Translations under genes and position numbers: made by a program
The notes under the pieces: generated by a model
Seen by the model: the letters and a program-made list of their open reading frames with translations, nothing else
Databases searched by the model: none
Told to the model about the DNA's origin: nothing
NCBI GenBank assembly: GCA_000092065.1
Contig: CP000593.1
Length of the DNA: 64,000 nucleotides
Reading direction: 5' to 3' (one strand)
From: Ostreococcus lucimarinus
Lineage: Eukaryota
Shown here: in pieces, positions 45,923 through 55,011 of the stretch
How the letters are laid out: the number at the start of each line of letters is the position of its first letter
How positions within the stretch are numbered: position 1 is the first letter of the stretch

Positions 45923-48199
45923 ATGGTGCACCGGTGGTGCGAGACGTGCGGGAAACGGGTCGCGGCGGAGACGAACGAGGCGAACGGGTTCACGTGCTGC
46001 ACGACGTGCGGGAAGATTTTAGACGAGCGCGCGGCGTTCAGCGCGGACGCGACGTTCGTGAAGAACGCGCAGGGAGCGTCCGTGCCGGATGGACACTACG
46101 TGCCGGAGAGCGGGGTGGCGCACGGGGTGATACGGGCGACGCGAGGCGGAAGACTGTACGGCGTGCAGTTGGACTCGCACGAGCGCACGCTGTATCGAGG
46201 GAAGCTGGAGATTAAACAGTTGGCGGATCGGTTGGGGATACGACCGAGGGAGGACGTCGTGGACGCGGCGCATCGGCTGTATAAGCTCGCGGTGCAGAGA
46301 AATTTTACGCGAGGGCGAAGGATTTCGCAAGTGGCGGGGGCGTGCATGTACATCATCTGTCGACAGGAATCGAGACCGTACATGTTGATTGATTTCGCGG
46401 ATATTTTACAGACGAACGTGTACGTTTTGGGGGGCGTGTTCTTACAGTTGTGTCGGTTGTTGCGACTGGAGCAGCATCCGCTCATGCAAAAGCCGATCGA
46501 TCCGAGTCTGTTCATTCATCGATTCGCGGACAAGTTGAACTTGGGACGACGGATGCACACCGTGGCGAACACGGCGCTGCGGCTCGTGGCGTCCATGAAG
46601 CGGGATTGGATGCAGACTGGTCGTCGTCCGAATGGAATTTGTGGTGCCGCGTTGTGGGTCGCCGCTCAAATTCATGGATTCAGTCCGAGCAAGCGCGATG
46701 TCGTGGCTGTGGTGCACGTCGGCGAATCGACGCTGAAGAAGCGTCTGAGCGAATTCGAAAACACGCCGAGCGCGGCGCTGTCGATCGAGGAGTTTGACAC
46801 GCAAGCTCGCACGTTTGAGGCTGAAGAAGAAGCGAATAAAAACACAAAATCGCTAGCGTCGAGCCCAATGTCGGTGCTGAGCTGTGTGCACAAAGACAAC
46901 GAAAACATTCCGCACTTTGCGCACGGAATGTGTCGCGCGTGTTACGTGGATTACGTTAGAATTTCGGGGGGTTCGGTGGGAGGCGCCGATCCGCCCGCGT
47001 TCATGCGCGCAGAAGCGAAGCGGAAAATCGATGCAAAACAAAAGCTTTTGTTGCCCGCGCTGTCGTCGGGCGAATTGGGAGACGAAGACGCGTTGACGCA
47101 AGAATTTAACTCGGCGCTCGAGCAAGACTTGAGCGCGCTGCTCGCGTCGCCTACGCCGTTGAATTCAGTTCAGCCCTTGGCCTTACCTTGCTCGTCGAAA
47201 CGCGCGACTTCGGCGAGGAATATGACGAAAAAGGGGCAAAAGCAGCAACAGCAACATCACGTTCAAACTAGTCGCCGCGAGCCGGTCGACGCTGATTTCT
47301 TGAGACGCGCCGAGGACGCCCTGCGCCTGCTCGTCGGATCTCGATGGGCCGAACTCGTTTGCTTACCGTTTACAAGCGATCTCTCCAAGGCGCGACTGTC
47401 GAAGATGCATATGTGTGAGCTCCATCCAAACTACGAAACCTTTGTGAACAACGAAGGTGAACGCATCGCGCAAGTGGACGCGCTGGTCTTACACTTTTTA
47501 ATAGCCGCGAAGTGTTTCGACGATTCAGCTCTGGCGCAGTTGGCAAAGCATTCGCCGCACGACGTCGAGGCTTTCCAAACGACGCCGTTCGATCCATCGC
47601 AAACGTCATCGAAGGCCGCGCTTGCGGTCGTTGAAAGCGACGGTCTCGTCGCCAAGGAGGATAACGAAGTCATCGATACGCTCTCGGACGTTGACGACGA
47701 TGAAATCGATTCGTACATTCACAACGAAAACGAAGTCAACCTTCGTCGTTTGGTTTGGTCTGAGATGAACAAGGAGTACTTGGAATTCCAAGCCTTGAAA
47801 GAGCAAGCCGCCAGCCGCACGAGCGCGCCGACGAAAAAGAAGCATAGAAAAGCCCCCGACACGCTGCCCGCGGAGACTCCCGCGGAAGCTGCGCGTCAAG
47901 TCTTAGCTAAAAAGAAGGGCAGCTCGAAAATCAACTACGAAGCGTTGGAAAATCTCTTCAAAGTTTCTGATGGTTCGCAGCCGCCTCCGAACTCAAAAGC
48001 GACGTCTGACGTCGAAAATGACGCTTCTCCGACAAAGTCTCCTCGCACGAGACGCGCGCGTCCCGCAGGCTTACCCTCGAGCGCTCCGATGTCGACGAAA
48101 TCAACCGCCAAGCGTCGCGGCTCGAGCGTCTCGACGCACGCGCCGTCGTCCGCGCGTCCGAGCGGTCTCGCGAAGAAGCCATCGGCGAAGAAAAAGTGA
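45923..48199 (+). CDS. BRF1: TFIIIB subunit BRF1 (TFIIB-related factor, RNA polymerase III)
   Basis: In-frame ATG at 45923 (MVHRWCETCGKRVAAETNEANGFTCCTTCG, a zinc ribbon). Two cyclin-fold repeats are present (AAHRLYKLAVQRNFTRGRRISQVAGACMYIICRQE...; ...TALRLVASMKRDWMQTGRRPNGICGAALWVAAQIHG). The BRF1-specific block is DDDEIDSYIHNENEVNLRRLVWSEMNKEYLEFQ. The upstream 355 codons of ORF 44858..48199 are antisense to the DCAF8-like gene. Confidence 0.85.
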   Translation: MVHRWCETCGKRVAAETNEANGFTCCTTCGKILDERAAFSADATFVKNAQGASVPDGHYVPESGVAHGVIRATRGGRLYGVQLDSHERTLYRGKLEIKQLADRLGIRPREDVVDAAHRLYKLAVQRNFTRGRRISQVAGACMYIICRQESRPYMLIDFADILQTNVYVLGGVFLQLCRLLRLEQHPLMQKPIDPSLFIHRFADKLNLGRRMHTVANTALRLVASMKRDWMQTGRRPNGICGAALWVAAQIHGFSPSKRDVVAVVHVGESTLKKRLSEFENTPSAALSIEEFDTQARTFEAEEEANKNTKSLASSPMSVLSCVHKDNENIPHFAHGMCRACYVDYVRISGGSVGGADPPAFMRAEAKRKIDAKQKLLLPALSSGELGDEDALTQEFNSALEQDLSALLASPTPLNSVQPLALPCSSKRATSARNMTKKGQKQQQQHHVQTSRREPVDADFLRRAEDALRLLVGSRWAELVCLPFTSDLSKARLSKMHMCELHPNYETFVNNEGERIAQVDALVLHFLIAAKCFDDSALAQLAKHSPHDVEAFQTTPFDPSQTSSKAALAVVESDGLVAKEDNEVIDTLSDVDDDEIDSYIHNENEVNLRRLVWSEMNKEYLEFQALKEQAASRTSAPTKKKHRKAPDTLPAETPAEAARQVLAKKKGSSKINYEALENLFKVSDGSQPPPNSKATSDVENDASPTKSPRTRRARPAGLPSSAPMSTKSTAKRRGSSVSTHAPSSARPSGLAKKPSAKKK

Positions 48200-48334
48200 A
48201 GCACGAGATGATCGTTCATTACCATTCCTGCACGTCGCCTCGCTCATTGTTGTTTGTATTCATCATGTACTGTACATTACATTAATTATTCGCCCACCGC
48301 CAGCCGCCAGCCGCGCCAACCGCGCCGGCGCGCT

Positions 48335-48362
48335 GCATTTCGCATTTCGCATTCCGCATTTC
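48335..48362. repeat. 7-bp motif gcatttc x4 (one copy gcattcc)
   Basis: gcatttcgcatttcgcattccgcatttc, counted directly. It lies 115 bp upstream of ATG 48477. Confidence 0.9.
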
Positions 48363-48476
48363 GCGTTCGTTTCATTGACGCGCGCTCAACATCGCCGTCT
48401 CATCGCCCCGAGCACCATCACGTTCACGAACGACGACGCGTAACACATCGACGAACACCACACGCCGACGCGCGCG

Positions 48477-48899
48477 ATGTCGTCCGCCAAGGTGCAGTTC
48501 ATGATCACGAACGCCATGCGCGCGATTTTGGTTGATGATTTGGATTATCTCGACGCCGAAGTCGACGTGATGCGACCCGAGATCGCGGCACAGCTCATCG
48601 AAACGCGAACGAAACGACCGTTTGGCGATCGCCCGATGCCGGAGGCGTGGAAACGAGGAGGGAACATGCCGCAGAGACGAGGGGGAGGGGCGCTGTCGAA
48701 TAATCTGGTAAAGCTGTTCCTCGCCGGCGTCTGTTGCCTGGGCGCGGCGGTGATGAGCGGGAGAGTGTCCGTGGGAACTCTTCTCGGTGGGGCGCCGCTG
48801 GGGAGGAAACCGTTGAAGAAACTTTCGAGCGAGATGAAGTCGACGAAGAAGCGGAAGAGTTCGTCGAAAAAGCGAAGAAAAAAAACGGCGGCGGCGTAA
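48477..48899 (+). CDS. small hypothetical protein with one predicted TM segment and a Lys/Arg-rich tail
   Basis: ATG verified at 48477. Composition is balanced: MSSAKVQFMITNAMRAILVDDLDYLDAEVDVMRPEIAAQLIE...LVKLFLAGVCCLGAAVMSG...KKRKSSSKKRRKK. I recognise no family. Confidence 0.5.
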   Translation: MSSAKVQFMITNAMRAILVDDLDYLDAEVDVMRPEIAAQLIETRTKRPFGDRPMPEAWKRGGNMPQRRGGGALSNNLVKLFLAGVCCLGAAVMSGRVSVGTLLGGAPLGRKPLKKLSSEMKSTKKRKSSSKKRRKKTAAA

Positions 48900-48949
48900 C
48901 GCGCAACGCGACTCGGGAAGGAAGTTGTTATATTAAACGTAGCATATAT

Positions 48950-51900
48950 CTAAATGTATCCTCGTCGATACGCCTGAATCGCGCCAACCATGATGAACAC
49001 GCTACCTTCACTCCAAACGTACCAGATGGCGATGATGGACCATATGATGGCTCGGCGTATGAAAGGAAGCGCGTCTTGCATCGTCGGCATGGCGGTGATG
49101 GTGTCGCGATAAGACGCGAACAAAATGTCCCTAGCGAAAATGAACAGCATGAGTTGATCCCAACCCACGGTACCGATGACGGATCCCGCGAGAATACCGA
49201 GCACCTTGTATCTAAAAGCGTCGTCCGGCATCGATACGAGTTGGAGCTTCTTGTTCAACCATGGGATGACTTCGAACGCGCACACGAAGGCGCCGATGAC
49301 CATAGACGCCATCGATCCCATGAGAGATTTGTTCTCCATCGCACCGAGCATGAACGGACGTCCTTTGTAGTTGACGAGCATGACACATACTCGCTGCACG
49401 GTGTCAACGAGGAACACGACGGTGTTCAGCAAGCACGGTTCAAAAGGCGGTCCCTGTTCCCAGAAGCTTCGCTGCGTTTCGTTCGCTGCTTTTTTAACCT
49501 CCTGACTCACCACAGCCACCTTTTCAGCAGTAGGGAAAGCAAGCTCTTCCCCAGTCACGGACTTAACAAGATGTACAGCGTAAACCATGGCGGCGAGGTG
49601 GATGACGAGTTGGCCAAAGAGGGACAAAAAGTTTGCCGGGTGGAAAATCGAGCGGAGAGGACGAACCTCGCTCAACGTGTGGACCGGTGTTGCGTACGAA
49701 AACGCAAGCCCGGCTACCGTGAGCGCGGTTCCAGCCGCCATCATTTGACTTTCGCTGTTGCGAACACCGTCCAAGTACAACACGGATAGAGAGTACGCGG
49801 AAATCAGGCAACTCAACATCAACACTTGCTGCATTTGAATGGCAGAGACGAGCGTGCATCGACCTTGACGGATGATATCAGCCGTGGCTTTAATGCTCGG
49901 GGCTCTGCTCGTGAAAGGTGCAGCCATGGAGGCGTCACCAAGCTTAACTTTCGGCACTTCCCCGTCCGTCTCTTCCAACTCTGCAAACACTTGCTGCAGC
50001 GACTGCCCAGTCCCAGCAACCTTTGATCTGGCAGCTTGTCTACGCTTTGCCTCTTGTACTAGTCGTTGCGTCGCCACTTTCATGGCGTTCAATTGAGCCC
50101 ACTTTTCTCCAGCTTCTAAGCGAACCTTCAACTCCTCTTCGTACCATTGAGTTTGAAGTACTTGTAATTCTGCACGGTCTGCCGCCTGCGCGAGCTTTTC
50201 CTTTTCCTTGTCCGCCTTTATCTTTTCGGCTTGCTCCTTGACGCGGGCCATCTTTTCGGCGAAAGTTTCCGTCTTTGTGGCAATTGTAGCGGCACCTTCC
50301 TGCTTCTTCGTGTTTGCACTACCAAATCCGCTCAACAAGGCGACGCCGACGTGCGCTTGCTTGAGTGCGCCGACATCGTTTGCGCCATCGCCGCACATCA
50401 GGGTATGTTTTCCTTGCGTCTTCAAACGTTTTAGAACTCTCTCCTTGTCGTCAGGAGACATACGAGCGTAAATGCTAATTTGATCCAGGTTATCCCAAAG
50501 TGTACCGGAAGCCGTGAGAGCGACGTTCAGGCTTTTACCGGTGACGCACAAACTGTACTCTTTCGCAAGTTCGCGAATGGATGTTTCTTCGTATGGGAAA
50601 ACTTTCATAGGCTTCATGTGCTCATCAACTCGAGCGCTCTGCCACTCCAATTTATCCAACTGGTCACGTGCTAATATCAACGCTCCATCGAGACCACCTC
50701 GAGCGATCCCAACTTCGTTACCGACGTGTAACGCCGTGAGCGTTGCGTCGCCTGTCGCCATCATCACATTATTAGAACTCGCCTGTAGTGCGTGAATGAT
50801 CTCAGCAGAGTCAGCGCGGACCTTGCAAGCGAACGCAAAAAATCCATCAAACACGAGATCTGATTCCGCTTCATCCCGAGTCAAAGGTGTGGACTGGGAG
50901 CCAACTCGAGCGCTCTCTTCGGCGCTCAATTCCTTGTGCGCCAGAGCAATCACTCTCATACCTTGCTCGGCCAAGCCGCGGTACGCGGCATCATAACCTT
51001 GCGGAACGTTCTTCAACAGTGATTTGATCATCTCTGGAGAACCCTTCACCAAAGACCATCGACTAACGGTTGAATTACTCGAGACGTCTGCAATGACGCT
51101 CATTCGCTGCAATGCTGACGCAAAGTGATTGCGCACCAAAATCTTCACAGAAGTGTTCTCAGCGCCAGTCCACGATCGAGTAATCTTATCATCAAGTTTT
51201 GGCGTTCCTAAGTGAGTGGCGGGATCGTACTTCCATTTGATTCCCAAAAGAGCAGCCTTTTCGAGAGGGTCGCCAAACGTTTTTCCGTCGATTTCAAGCA
51301 GTGCGTGACAACCACCGATGACAATGGATACGTTCTTGTCCGCTTCTACGGGTTGTTTAAGCGGAGCGCCCTTGGTCAAATCACTTAGGACTCCCTCGGC
51401 AACGAGACGGTCGCTCGTGATGGTGCCAGTCTTGTCGAATAAGCAGCAGTCCACCTTACCGGCGACGGGAACGCGGAACGGCTCTGTGCAGTAAACGGAA
51501 GCTTTCACCAAAGCAATGAGAGCCGTGTTTACCGCCATCGCTGTTTGCATCGGAAGATCCGGAGGCACAACACTTGTGACGATCATAATGCATCGCAGGA
51601 TGAGTTCATACTGACTCCGTTTCCCATCTGCAATGCCTTTGACGTAAACGTTGTAACTCGCCGCTAAAGCAAAGATGAGGAGAATGAAGAGTAAAACGAG
51701 CGTTTCCTTTGTGTCTCCAGTGACTTGCTCACTGCTAAATTCCATCATACGCATCAATTTACCTTGCGTAGACGCGAAACCCGTTTGAAGGACGTAGCAC
51801 AAGCATCCGCCATCCGGCGTGGTCACTTGGAGCGCCGACGATTCGCTTTCTGTCTTTGAGGTGTGTTGCATCAACGTCGTGCCGCTGTAGAGAATGTGTA

Positions 51901-53215
51901 CTTTGTGCAAGCCATTCATATCAAGTCTTTCATCCTTCGACACCTCCGGGTTGATGTGCTCTTTCATTTGCGGGACACTTTCGCCGGTCAAGCTCGCTTC
52001 GTTGACGACAGCTGATCCGGCAAGGAGCACGCAGTCGCAAGGAACCGGGACTTCTTCGCCTCCGTTACGCTTAATGGAAATGATATCGCCAGGGTACAGC
52101 TCTTCAGTTGAGTGATCTTCCCATACACCACCACGTCGCACAAGGATGCGCCCAGCTTTTTGACCCATACCCCGCAAAGTGGCGATGTTTCTCTGCCGCG
52201 AAAACGCCGTAGTGCCTTCAAAGATCAACAAGCTCAACGCGCTGAACAGGGCGTACTTCCAGTACTCATCCATGAGCCAAAGGAGTACGGTAAAGATTTG
52301 GAAAACAGTCACCGGACCCGTGAGTTGCTCTTTGTACAAGTTCCAAAACGTGGGAATGTTGACTTGGAGCGCGTTGTCGCCGTATCGTTCATGACTGTGG
52401 TGTACCTCTTCTCCGGAAAGACCTCTCGACTTGACGTAATGCGAAAGCGGTAAATCTTTTGGCGTCTCGATTTCGCGAAGTTCGCCTTGACCTTTGCCGC
52501 GAGCTTCGTCCCACTCAATCTCCACGTACTCGTACCGCTGGCGCTGAAACACGCACCAAAGCATTGTTCGTAAACTACCATCCGCGTCAAACACTCGTAA
52601 GCGCGACACCGGCACGATTTCCGGTTTCCCTTGATGCGCGTGCGGAGTAATGATAAAGTAAGACCCCTCGGTCACGCGGTTGATGGGTTTGTACTGCACG
52701 AAGCACCGAATACGAACGCTCCAATGTTGCGCGAAGAGCAACAACGCGTGCGCCGTCGCGATGGACGCGAACGCCAAAACCGTGGGAAAGTCCGGCAACC
52801 ATCGCGCGGGCAGCGTCGGCGGTACTTCATACTTGACCTCTTCATCCACCGTGGCCCCAGCGTCGTCCTCGCTCGCTTCCGGCTCCCCCGCGTCCCACGC
52901 CCCGCTCGCGTCGTCCCCGCCGTCCCCGCTCGTCCACTCGTCTCGCACTCGCCCTTCGCCAACCCGCGTCTTCTCCACCCCGACCGCATCGAACACCGCG
53001 GGATCGTATCCAGCGTCGATGTGATGCGCCAGCGCCGCCCTGTACGGGTTTCCAGACGTTTCGTAGCACTTTTTCAGCGAGATCGCGTAGAGCACGAAGA
53101 ACGGCAGATGAATCAATCCGACCGCGTTCGCGACGCGGTACCGCCGCGTTCGCGGTCGCGCGTCGTGCACGTGCGCGGGCACGCTCACGCGCAGGTTTCC
53201 ATCGCGCGGCGCCAT
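48950..53215 (-). CDS. P5A-type P-type ATPase (Spf1/ATP13A1/MIA-like)
   Basis: ATG verified at 53215-53213. Motifs: phosphorylation site CLFDKTGTIT, SLTGES, VVPPDLPMQTAMAVN (the P5A PP(E/D)LP signature), MCGDGANDVGALK. It is long, with about 10-12 TM segments. Confidence 0.88.
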   Translation of the reverse strand: MAPRDGNLRVSVPAHVHDARPRTRRYRVANAVGLIHLPFFVLYAISLKKCYETSGNPYRAALAHHIDAGYDPAVFDAVGVEKTRVGEGRVRDEWTSGDGGDDASGAWDAGEPEASEDDAGATVDEEVKYEVPPTLPARWLPDFPTVLAFASIATAHALLLFAQHWSVRIRCFVQYKPINRVTEGSYFIITPHAHQGKPEIVPVSRLRVFDADGSLRTMLWCVFQRQRYEYVEIEWDEARGKGQGELREIETPKDLPLSHYVKSRGLSGEEVHHSHERYGDNALQVNIPTFWNLYKEQLTGPVTVFQIFTVLLWLMDEYWKYALFSALSLLIFEGTTAFSRQRNIATLRGMGQKAGRILVRRGGVWEDHSTEELYPGDIISIKRNGGEEVPVPCDCVLLAGSAVVNEASLTGESVPQMKEHINPEVSKDERLDMNGLHKVHILYSGTTLMQHTSKTESESSALQVTTPDGGCLCYVLQTGFASTQGKLMRMMEFSSEQVTGDTKETLVLLFILLIFALAASYNVYVKGIADGKRSQYELILRCIMIVTSVVPPDLPMQTAMAVNTALIALVKASVYCTEPFRVPVAGKVDCCLFDKTGTITSDRLVAEGVLSDLTKGAPLKQPVEADKNVSIVIGGCHALLEIDGKTFGDPLEKAALLGIKWKYDPATHLGTPKLDDKITRSWTGAENTSVKILVRNHFASALQRMSVIADVSSNSTVSRWSLVKGSPEMIKSLLKNVPQGYDAAYRGLAEQGMRVIALAHKELSAEESARVGSQSTPLTRDEAESDLVFDGFFAFACKVRADSAEIIHALQASSNNVMMATGDATLTALHVGNEVGIARGGLDGALILARDQLDKLEWQSARVDEHMKPMKVFPYEETSIRELAKEYSLCVTGKSLNVALTASGTLWDNLDQISIYARMSPDDKERVLKRLKTQGKHTLMCGDGANDVGALKQAHVGVALLSGFGSANTKKQEGAATIATKTETFAEKMARVKEQAEKIKADKEKEKLAQAADRAELQVLQTQWYEEELKVRLEAGEKWAQLNAMKVATQRLVQEAKRRQAARSKVAGTGQSLQQVFAELEETDGEVPKVKLGDASMAAPFTSRAPSIKATADIIRQGRCTLVSAIQMQQVLMLSCLISAYSLSVLYLDGVRNSESQMMAAGTALTVAGLAFSYATPVHTLSEVRPLRSIFHPANFLSLFGQLVIHLAAMVYAVHLVKSVTGEELAFPTAEKVAVVSQEVKKAANETQRSFWEQGPPFEPCLLNTVVFLVDTVQRVCVMLVNYKGRPFMLGAMENKSLMGSMASMVIGAFVCAFEVIPWLNKKLQLVSMPDDAFRYKVLGILAGSVIGTVGWDQLMLFIFARDILFASYRDTITAMPTMQDALPFIRRAIIWSIIAIWYVWSEGSVFIMVGAIQAYRRGYI

Positions 53216-53309
53216 TCGTTGGCGCGCGAACGACGCGTCGATGTGACGCCTTCGCTGCTCCGCGACCTTTCGTCACAGCGCGACGGCGCCGCGCGCGAGA
53301 CGACGCGCG
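53216..53309. promoter_or_regulatory. 94-bp divergent spacer between the P5A-ATPase and photolyase start codons (inferred shared promoter/5' UTRs)
   Basis: The coordinates follow from the two verified ATGs (53215 minus strand, 53310 plus strand). Confidence 0.4.
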
Positions 53310-54926
53310 ATGGCGTCTCTCGCGATTCGAGACGCCGTGCGCGCGCACGGCGCGCGCGCGCGACTCGCGCGCGCGCTCGCGCGACGGCGCGCGGGCGCGA
53401 CGACGGGCGCGCGCGGTGCGACGACGACGACAGCGACGGCGACGACGACGCGCGGTGCGCGCGATGGCGTGGACGCGCGACGGTGCCGAGGGATGAACGA
53501 CGCGGCGAAGGCGGCGTTGGATGCGTCGGCGCGCGCGCGCGCGAGCGCGAGCGCGAGCGCGAGCGCGGGGCCGGTGGTGTACTGGTGCGACCGGGACAGG
53601 CGGTGCGCGAATAACGACGCGCTGGGACGAGCGATGGAATTGGCGAACGAAAGGCGCGTCCCGCTCGTCGTGGCGATGCACGTGGGGACAGATTTGAGCG
53701 GGAGCGGCATCGGAGGCGCGCGCAGGGCGGTGTTCGCGCTGAAGGGGTTGAAGGAATTGGATGAGGATTTGCGAGCGCGAGGAGTGTCGACGCGAACGAC
53801 GACGGGAAGCGACGTCGCGGGAGGAATCGTGGAGACGTGCGAGACGCTGAATGCGAGTGCGGTCGTGTGTGACTTTTCGCCGTTGCGAGAGGGGCGTGCG
53901 GCGAGGGAAGCGGTGGCGCGTGTGGTGGAGGTTCCGGTGATTGAAGTGGACGCGCACAACGTCGTGCCGGCGTGGGTGACGAGCGATAAGCAAGAGTACG
54001 CGGCGAGAACGATTCGGCCGAAGATTCATCGAAATCTCGGGGATTTTCTCACCGCACCGCAAGCGTTAGATGATCTCATCGCCGCGCCGGACGCGTTGAC
54101 GCCAAGTGAGACGGATTGGGACGCATTGATTGACACCGCGCGCGTCAAGGGCGCGCACGTCCCAGAGGTTGACTGGATCAAACCGGGTGAACGTGCCGCC
54201 TTAGCCGCGCTGCTCGATCCGAATGTCGACTCTTTCCTCCCACAGCGATTGACACTCTACGGGGAGCGAAACAAGCCGACGTCGCCGCGCGCCGTGTCTC
54301 GCCTCTCGCCGTACTTGAATCACGGCCAGCTGTCGCCACGTCGCGCCGCGTGGGAAGCTGCGCAACTTCGGGGAATCGTAGACGACGAGGCGATCGATAG
54401 CTACTTGGAAGAGCTCATCGTTCGAAGGGAATTATCAGACAACTATTGTCTCTTCAATCCGTATTACGACTCGTTGCAAGGAGCGAGTCAATGGGCGCAA
54501 GATTCACTGAGTTTGCACGCCCGCGACGTTCGCGAGTACGTGTACGATTACAAAACACTCGAGCGTGGCAACACGCACGACGAGCTTTGGAACGCGGCTC
54601 AGAAAGAATTATACCATCTCGGACGAATGCATGGGTTCATGAGAATGTACTGGGCGAAGAAGATTCTTGAGTGGACGCCGTCGCCGGAGGTGGCCCTGCA
54701 GACGGCGATTCAACTCAACGACGCTTACGCGTTAGACGGTCTCGATCCCAACGGCTACGTTGGTTGTATGTGGAGCATTGCCGGTGTGCACGATCAAGGA
54801 TGGAAAGAGCGCGCGGTGTTCGGTAAAGTGCGGTATATGAATTACGCCGGTTGCAAGAGAAAGTTTCAAATCCAAGATTACGTAGCGGCGGTCGACGCTG
54901 AGATAAGCGGAATAGGTCGCAAATAG
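53310..54926 (+). CDS. class II CPD photolyase (deoxyribodipyrimidine photo-lyase)
   Basis: ATG verified at 53310. VVYWCDRDRRCANNDAL...LSPYLNHGQLSPRR...GFMRMYWAKKILEWTPSPEVALQTAIQLNDAYALDGLDPNGYVGCMWSIAGVHDQGWKERAVFGKVRYMNYAGCKRKF is the class II photolyase FAD-binding region. Confidence 0.9.
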   Translation: MASLAIRDAVRAHGARARLARALARRRAGATTGARGATTTTATATTTRGARDGVDARRCRGMNDAAKAALDASARARASASASASAGPVVYWCDRDRRCANNDALGRAMELANERRVPLVVAMHVGTDLSGSGIGGARRAVFALKGLKELDEDLRARGVSTRTTTGSDVAGGIVETCETLNASAVVCDFSPLREGRAAREAVARVVEVPVIEVDAHNVVPAWVTSDKQEYAARTIRPKIHRNLGDFLTAPQALDDLIAAPDALTPSETDWDALIDTARVKGAHVPEVDWIKPGERAALAALLDPNVDSFLPQRLTLYGERNKPTSPRAVSRLSPYLNHGQLSPRRAAWEAAQLRGIVDDEAIDSYLEELIVRRELSDNYCLFNPYYDSLQGASQWAQDSLSLHARDVREYVYDYKTLERGNTHDELWNAAQKELYHLGRMHGFMRMYWAKKILEWTPSPEVALQTAIQLNDAYALDGLDPNGYVGCMWSIAGVHDQGWKERAVFGKVRYMNYAGCKRKFQIQDYVAAVDAEISGIGRK

Positions 54927-55011
54927 GACAGCAATCTTTGTTATTCTTAGAGATTTTAGGTAGAAACGTTACAATCACTAGCGACGTACTACTGACACAC
55001 GACGTACATAC

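Noticed and set aside
52631-54062. ORFs 52631..53614(+), 52842..54062(-) and 53273..53959(-).
   Set aside because: They are out of frame with, or antisense to, the P5A-ATPase and photolyase genes, and are low complexity.
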